Assembly: GCA_018401705.1 (NCBI GenBank)
Contig: JAGYKL010000002.1
Span: forward strand, 3,526-67,525
Source: Bacteroidia bacterium
GTDB lineage: Bacteria; Bacteroidota; Bacteroidia; M30B66
Length of the DNA: 64,000 nucleotides
Reading direction: 5' to 3'
Positions within the stretch are counted from its first letter, which is position 1; every line of letters begins with the position of its first letter. Positions 60,708-64,000 of the stretch are shown here, one piece after another. The translations under genes and the position numbers were made by a program. The notes beneath the pieces are model-generated. The model worked only from the letters and a program-made list of their open reading frames with translations. It ran no database searches and was not told where the DNA came from.

Positions 60708-62189
60708 TTAAGGTTCATATTCTAATGCCCCTAGGTCGGGAGCGGCGTCAGAAATACGGCTGTTTCCTTTGATATCTTCAGGAATTGCAGGAGCTTCATT
60801 AACAATATCCAAAGAACCTGCATCGCGAGCGGGAGAGCCTGTTTCGAGTCCGTAATTCTGAGCTTGAGTGTCCTTAAACTCAGGATTTTCATTGAAAATA
60901 CAATTAGTAAAATGACTTGGATCATCCTGAGAAATCTCATCATTATTCAAGCGAATGAGGCTGTTTTCAAAGCTCCAGTTAAAAGCGGCATCAGGCAAAC
61001 CGTCGGCTTCAAGCTCATTTTCACTTTGAAGGTTACCATACACGATTCCATTTCGGAATCTAAAATTCATATCAGCAACAAAAACCGAGTTGTTTGCACC
61101 TTGTCGGGCATTGCTCAGATAAACAGAAACATCGCTTCGAACAGATTTTCCCCAATAATTAGCAATTGTATTATGTCTGAAATTGTATTCTCCGCCATTA
61201 ATAAGTGCTAAAGCATGAGAGCCACAATTAGAGATAACGTTGTTATAGGCATTAATGCGGTAATTGACGCCGTAAAGGCCAAAAACAGTCATATTCCTGA
61301 TACGTGTATTGCTTAAAGTAAGCTGACGTGGAAGCCCTTCGCCCAGTTCGATAACATCTTCGGCCTGAATCCCGATATTTCCGTTTTTAATGACTGCGTA
61401 GTTAATCAGGTTGCCTGTGCTTCCCTGGTTTATCCAGATTCTATCCCATTGACCTGATTCTTCGCGGTAAACCGATTCTTTTCTTACTCCCTGAAAAACA
61501 ACAGAATCTTCGCGGGTGCCATTTACGATTAAAGTTCCTTGTTTATAAACCCAAATGCCTGAATTATTGTACAAATAAACCTCTGTTCCTGCTTCTATAG
61601 TGAGCGTGCAAGCCGAATCAACCGCCAGGTATCCAATAATTACTTTAGGTTTTTCATTAGTCCAGGTGCTGTTGCAATCGACCACCGAAAATGCAGGAAA
61701 GCCATTTGTCGGGAAATTGGTAGGTCTGAAAAAGTCGGCATTTCGACCATAAGCCAAAAGCTTAACATGCTGAATGTTTCCATTCGCTTCAAAACGAATG
61801 CTATCCTCAACTATAAAAGGATTTAGCTGATTGTTGGGGTCGATGGTAACTTCCGCAAAAACAAATGCGCTATCCTCACCTTCAATTTCAAGATCGCTAA
61901 GGTCATCAGAAGGAAATCCGTCGATATTCAGCCTGAAAGGCGAACTGCTGCCTCCTTCAAGCTTTATTCGAGAGATTTTAATCTTGTCTTTGCTGTTATT
62001 GTAAATTTTGAATCTCTGAGTTACACTTCCAAATGTAACGAAGACGGTATCAAAATAAACCGTATCAACTGAAAATGAAAGCTTTGAAGCAGGATTCGTG
62101 TCTAAAACATCTTTGCGACAAGCACTTTGCGACATAATGAAAATGATAGCAAATGCAGTTGTTACTAATGAAGCAAAGTATTTAAACAT
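60708..62189 (-). CDS. hypothetical lipoprotein with parallel beta-helix-like repeats
   Basis: Signal peptide plus Cys (MSQSAC), then repeated N-x-I/V-x-N/G turns (NTRIRNMT, NNVISNCG, RHNTIANYW, RNGIVYGN). Confidence 0.55.
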   Translation of the reverse strand: MFKYFASLVTTAFAIIFIMSQSACRKDVLDTNPASKLSFSVDTVYFDTVFVTFGSVTQRFKIYNNSKDKIKISRIKLEGGSSSPFRLNIDGFPSDDLSDLEIEGEDSAFVFAEVTIDPNNQLNPFIVEDSIRFEANGNIQHVKLLAYGRNADFFRPTNFPTNGFPAFSVVDCNSTWTNEKPKVIIGYLAVDSACTLTIEAGTEVYLYNNSGIWVYKQGTLIVNGTREDSVVFQGVRKESVYREESGQWDRIWINQGSTGNLINYAVIKNGNIGIQAEDVIELGEGLPRQLTLSNTRIRNMTVFGLYGVNYRINAYNNVISNCGSHALALINGGEYNFRHNTIANYWGKSVRSDVSVYLSNARQGANNSVFVADMNFRFRNGIVYGNLQSENELEADGLPDAAFNWSFENSLIRLNNDEISQDDPSHFTNCIFNENPEFKDTQAQNYGLETGSPARDAGSLDIVNEAPAIPEDIKGNSRISDAAPDLGALEYEP

Positions 62190-62246
62190 ATTTATCCGGC
62201 GAGGATTTAAACGGTAAATGTAGTTGAATATTACTTTTAGCGAATA

Positions 62247-62588
62247 TTAAGACTTTACAGAATTATCAAACTTAAGTCTAAGACGCTCAAGAGGTTTCCC
62301 GTTAACGATGTGCTCTTCAACAATTTCCTCAACATCTTCTAATTGAACATTGCCATAAAACACACCTTCAGGATAAACAACAACGGTAGGGCCTTGTTCG
62401 CACAGGTCGAGGCATCCGGCACGTTGAGCTCGAATGGGAATATTTAATTGCTTGTCTTTGATGGCTTTTTTAAATGCAGCAACCAGAGCTAAGCCATGCT
62501 GTTCGCCGCAGCTGGGGCGAGGAGCATTTTCGGGACGTTGGTTTGTGCAGATAAATAAATGCTTTTCGTACTTAAGATTCGATTCCAT
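62247..62588 (-). CDS. (2Fe-2S) thioredoxin-like ferredoxin
   Basis: 113 aa with the Cys pattern C14...C27...C59-x3-C63 (LFICTN, PSCGE, CLDLCEQGP). Confidence 0.8.
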   Translation of the reverse strand: MESNLKYEKHLFICTNQRPENAPRPSCGEQHGLALVAAFKKAIKDKQLNIPIRAQRAGCLDLCEQGPTVVVYPEGVFYGNVQLEDVEEIVEEHIVNGKPLERLRLKFDNSVKS

Positions 62589-62648
62589 GGTGCAAATGTC
62601 GGGAACAATGAGTATAAAATGGTGTTAGGATTATTGTAAATTACAAAC

Positions 62649-63560
62649 ATGAAAACAGTACTCATAACAGGTGGAACAGGATTGATTGGAATGCGACTTT
62701 CTGCGATGCTGAAAGCGCGAGGGTACAGGCTTCATTTGCTGAGTAGAAGTAACAAGCCTGTTGAAAATTATGATGAAGTTTTTACTTGGGATATTAATAA
62801 AGGAGAAATTGATTTAGCTGCGCTGGATGGAGTAACAGATATTATTCACCTAGCCGGGGCTGGTATTGCTGATTCAAGATGGACTGAAGAGCGAAAAGAA
62901 CTTATAATAAACAGTCGTGTAAAAAGTTTAGGAATCATTGAAGAGGCATTAAGAAGGAGAAATCAGCGTATTAGCTCTTTAATTAGTGGTTCGGCTGTTG
63001 GCTGGTATGGAGCGAGAACCGATAAAATGCTTCATATTGAAGAAGAGCCTGCGGCTGATGATTTTATGGGTGAGACTTGCCGTAAATGGGAATTTGCAGC
63101 GGATTCATTTGCTGAGATTGCTGACAGAATAGTAAAAATAAGAACCGGTGTAGTTTTGGCTAAGGATGGAGGTGCTTTGGCAAGTATGAAATTACCATTT
63201 AAACTTTTCATAGGCTCTCCACTTGGCAGTGGGAATCAGCAAATTCAATGGATTCATTTAGATGATATCTGCAGAGTGTTTGCAGAAGCCCTTGAGAAGC
63301 AGAGCTTTAGCGGAGCTTATAATGCAAGTGCCACTGAATCATGCACTAATAGGGAGTTTTCTAAAGAACTTGCTAAAGTGATGAAAAGACCATTGCTTCC
63401 GCTCACAGTGCCTTCATTTGTTTTGAAAGCTCTCTTTGGTGAAATGAGTGCGGTAGTGCTTGAAGGCAGCCGGGTTTCGAATAAGAAGTTACTGAAAACA
63501 GGTTTTGAATTCAGTTATGATAATCTGAATACTGCCTTAGAGAATCTTCTAAATCCTTAA
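62649..63560 (+). CDS. TIGR01777 (YfcH-like) epimerase family protein
   Basis: ITGGTGLIG Rossmann motif, about 300 aa, and a C-terminal DUF1731-like end (GFEFSYDNLNTAL). Confidence 0.85.
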   Translation: MKTVLITGGTGLIGMRLSAMLKARGYRLHLLSRSNKPVENYDEVFTWDINKGEIDLAALDGVTDIIHLAGAGIADSRWTEERKELIINSRVKSLGIIEEALRRRNQRISSLISGSAVGWYGARTDKMLHIEEEPAADDFMGETCRKWEFAADSFAEIADRIVKIRTGVVLAKDGGALASMKLPFKLFIGSPLGSGNQQIQWIHLDDICRVFAEALEKQSFSGAYNASATESCTNREFSKELAKVMKRPLLPLTVPSFVLKALFGEMSAVVLEGSRVSNKKLLKTGFEFSYDNLNTALENLLNP

Positions 63561-63735
63561 TGTATTCATCGAACAAGTTTGTAATTGTTTAAGAGTTTTT
63601 TAACCTTTTGGTTGATGCTTAAGAAGCCTTTCTAGAAAATGCTTTTTGTTTTTATTATCAATCATTTAGAGGACTTAACATAGAATTAATTTACCCAAAT
63701 GGTAGATTTATAAAATTCTGTTTTATGTTTGCAGC

Positions 63736-63804
63736 ATGTTATTCCAAAAGAACATGTTTTGCTGCTGTATGATGCATAAATGCGTCGGGGCAAGCTCATG
63801 TTAG
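63736..63804 (+). CDS. candidate Cys/Met-rich micro-ORF 1 (22 aa, or 16 aa from the internal ATG at 63754)
   Basis: Hand translation gives MLFQKNMFCCCMMHKCVGASSC. It is preceded by TATGTTTG (Bacteroidota -7-like TAnnTTTG) at 63724..63731 and followed by a strong terminator. Confidence 0.35.
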   Translation: MLFQKNMFCCCMMHKCVGASSC

Positions 63805-63835
63805 AATAATTGAAGAAATTCTATTTGTGATAAAA

Positions 63836-63868
63836 AGCCCCTTGCAAGAAGCAAAGGGCTTTTTTTTT
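63836..63868 (+). terminator. rho-independent terminator
   Basis: AGCCCCTTGC-AAGAA-GCAAAGGGCT (9 of 10 pairs) followed by T9. Confidence 0.85.
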
Positions 63869-63890
63869 GAATCTGAAATAATAAATAAAA

Positions 63891-63983
63891 ATGAAAAACT
63901 ATTCAGACATAAAATCAATAAGCAAGCATATGATGTGCATGTGTTGTTGTATGGCACCGCCGTGTCTGGATAGTACTGTATAA
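63891..63983 (+). CDS. candidate Cys/Met-rich micro-ORF 2 (30 aa)
   Basis: Hand translation gives MKNYSDIKSISKHMMCMCCCMAPPCLDSTV. It shares the K-x-M-x-CCCM-x3-C core with micro-ORF 1. The AAAGCCCC after it resembles the start of the first terminator, but the window ends there. Confidence 0.35.
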   Translation: MKNYSDIKSISKHMMCMCCCMAPPCLDSTV

Positions 63984-64000
63984 TCGAGAAAGCCCCATTT

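Noticed and set aside
63784-63845. Classical leader-peptide attenuation (an anti-terminator alternative to the 63836..63868 hairpin).
   Set aside because: The only complementarity I found between the upstream GGGGCAAG segment and the left arm of the terminator is 5 bp, and it cannot be extended. It is kept only as a low-weight hypothesis in the finding.

Overview
This window reads as an AT-rich chromosomal segment of a Bacteroidota genome (Flavobacteriia/Cytophagia-like). The taxonomic call rests on five ORFs with C-terminal T9SS sorting domains (four type A, one type B gliding-motility type), a fused ccoN-ccoO gene, and a long-form hutU. Most of the content is housekeeping:
- a complete cbb3 oxidase cluster (RIC-like gene, ccoI, ccoS, ccoNO, ccoQ, ccoP, ccoG, ccoH, a DsbD_2-like gene, hemN) next to an FNR-type regulator;
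- prfB with its programmed +1 frameshift;
- aspS, ispH, crtB, ribE, recQ, kynU-kmo, hutU, queA-ispD, purD and pfkA;
- a CzcA-type metal efflux operon;
- a flotillin/NfeD module.

I found no rRNA, tRNA, CRISPR array, transposase, integrase or recognisable defence genes.

The items I think deserve a second look, none of which I can show to be undescribed:
1. A five-heme c-type cytochrome with a T9SS sorting domain, apparently co-transcribed with a disrupted FG-GAP/ASPIC T9SS cargo gene and sitting beside the FNR gene and the cbb3 cluster.
2. A CzcA RND pump fused in frame to a complete TolC-like outer membrane factor that keeps its own signal peptide.
3. A T9SS cargo gene cut by a single in-frame TGA in the middle of a duplicated domain.
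4. Two paralogous Cys/Met-rich micro-ORFs with terminators at the right edge of the window.
5. Three TGAT-N4-ATCA palindromes confined to the two intergenic gaps of the cbb3 cluster.
6. A CarH-type B12 photoreceptor, ECF sigma and crtB module.
7. A 7-bp tandem repeat directly upstream of an AraC-family gene.

Three small genes missing from the ORF track were recovered by eye: ccoQ, an lmo0937-family membrane protein, and the prfB first exon-like segment. All family assignments come from motif recognition by eye; no searches were run.
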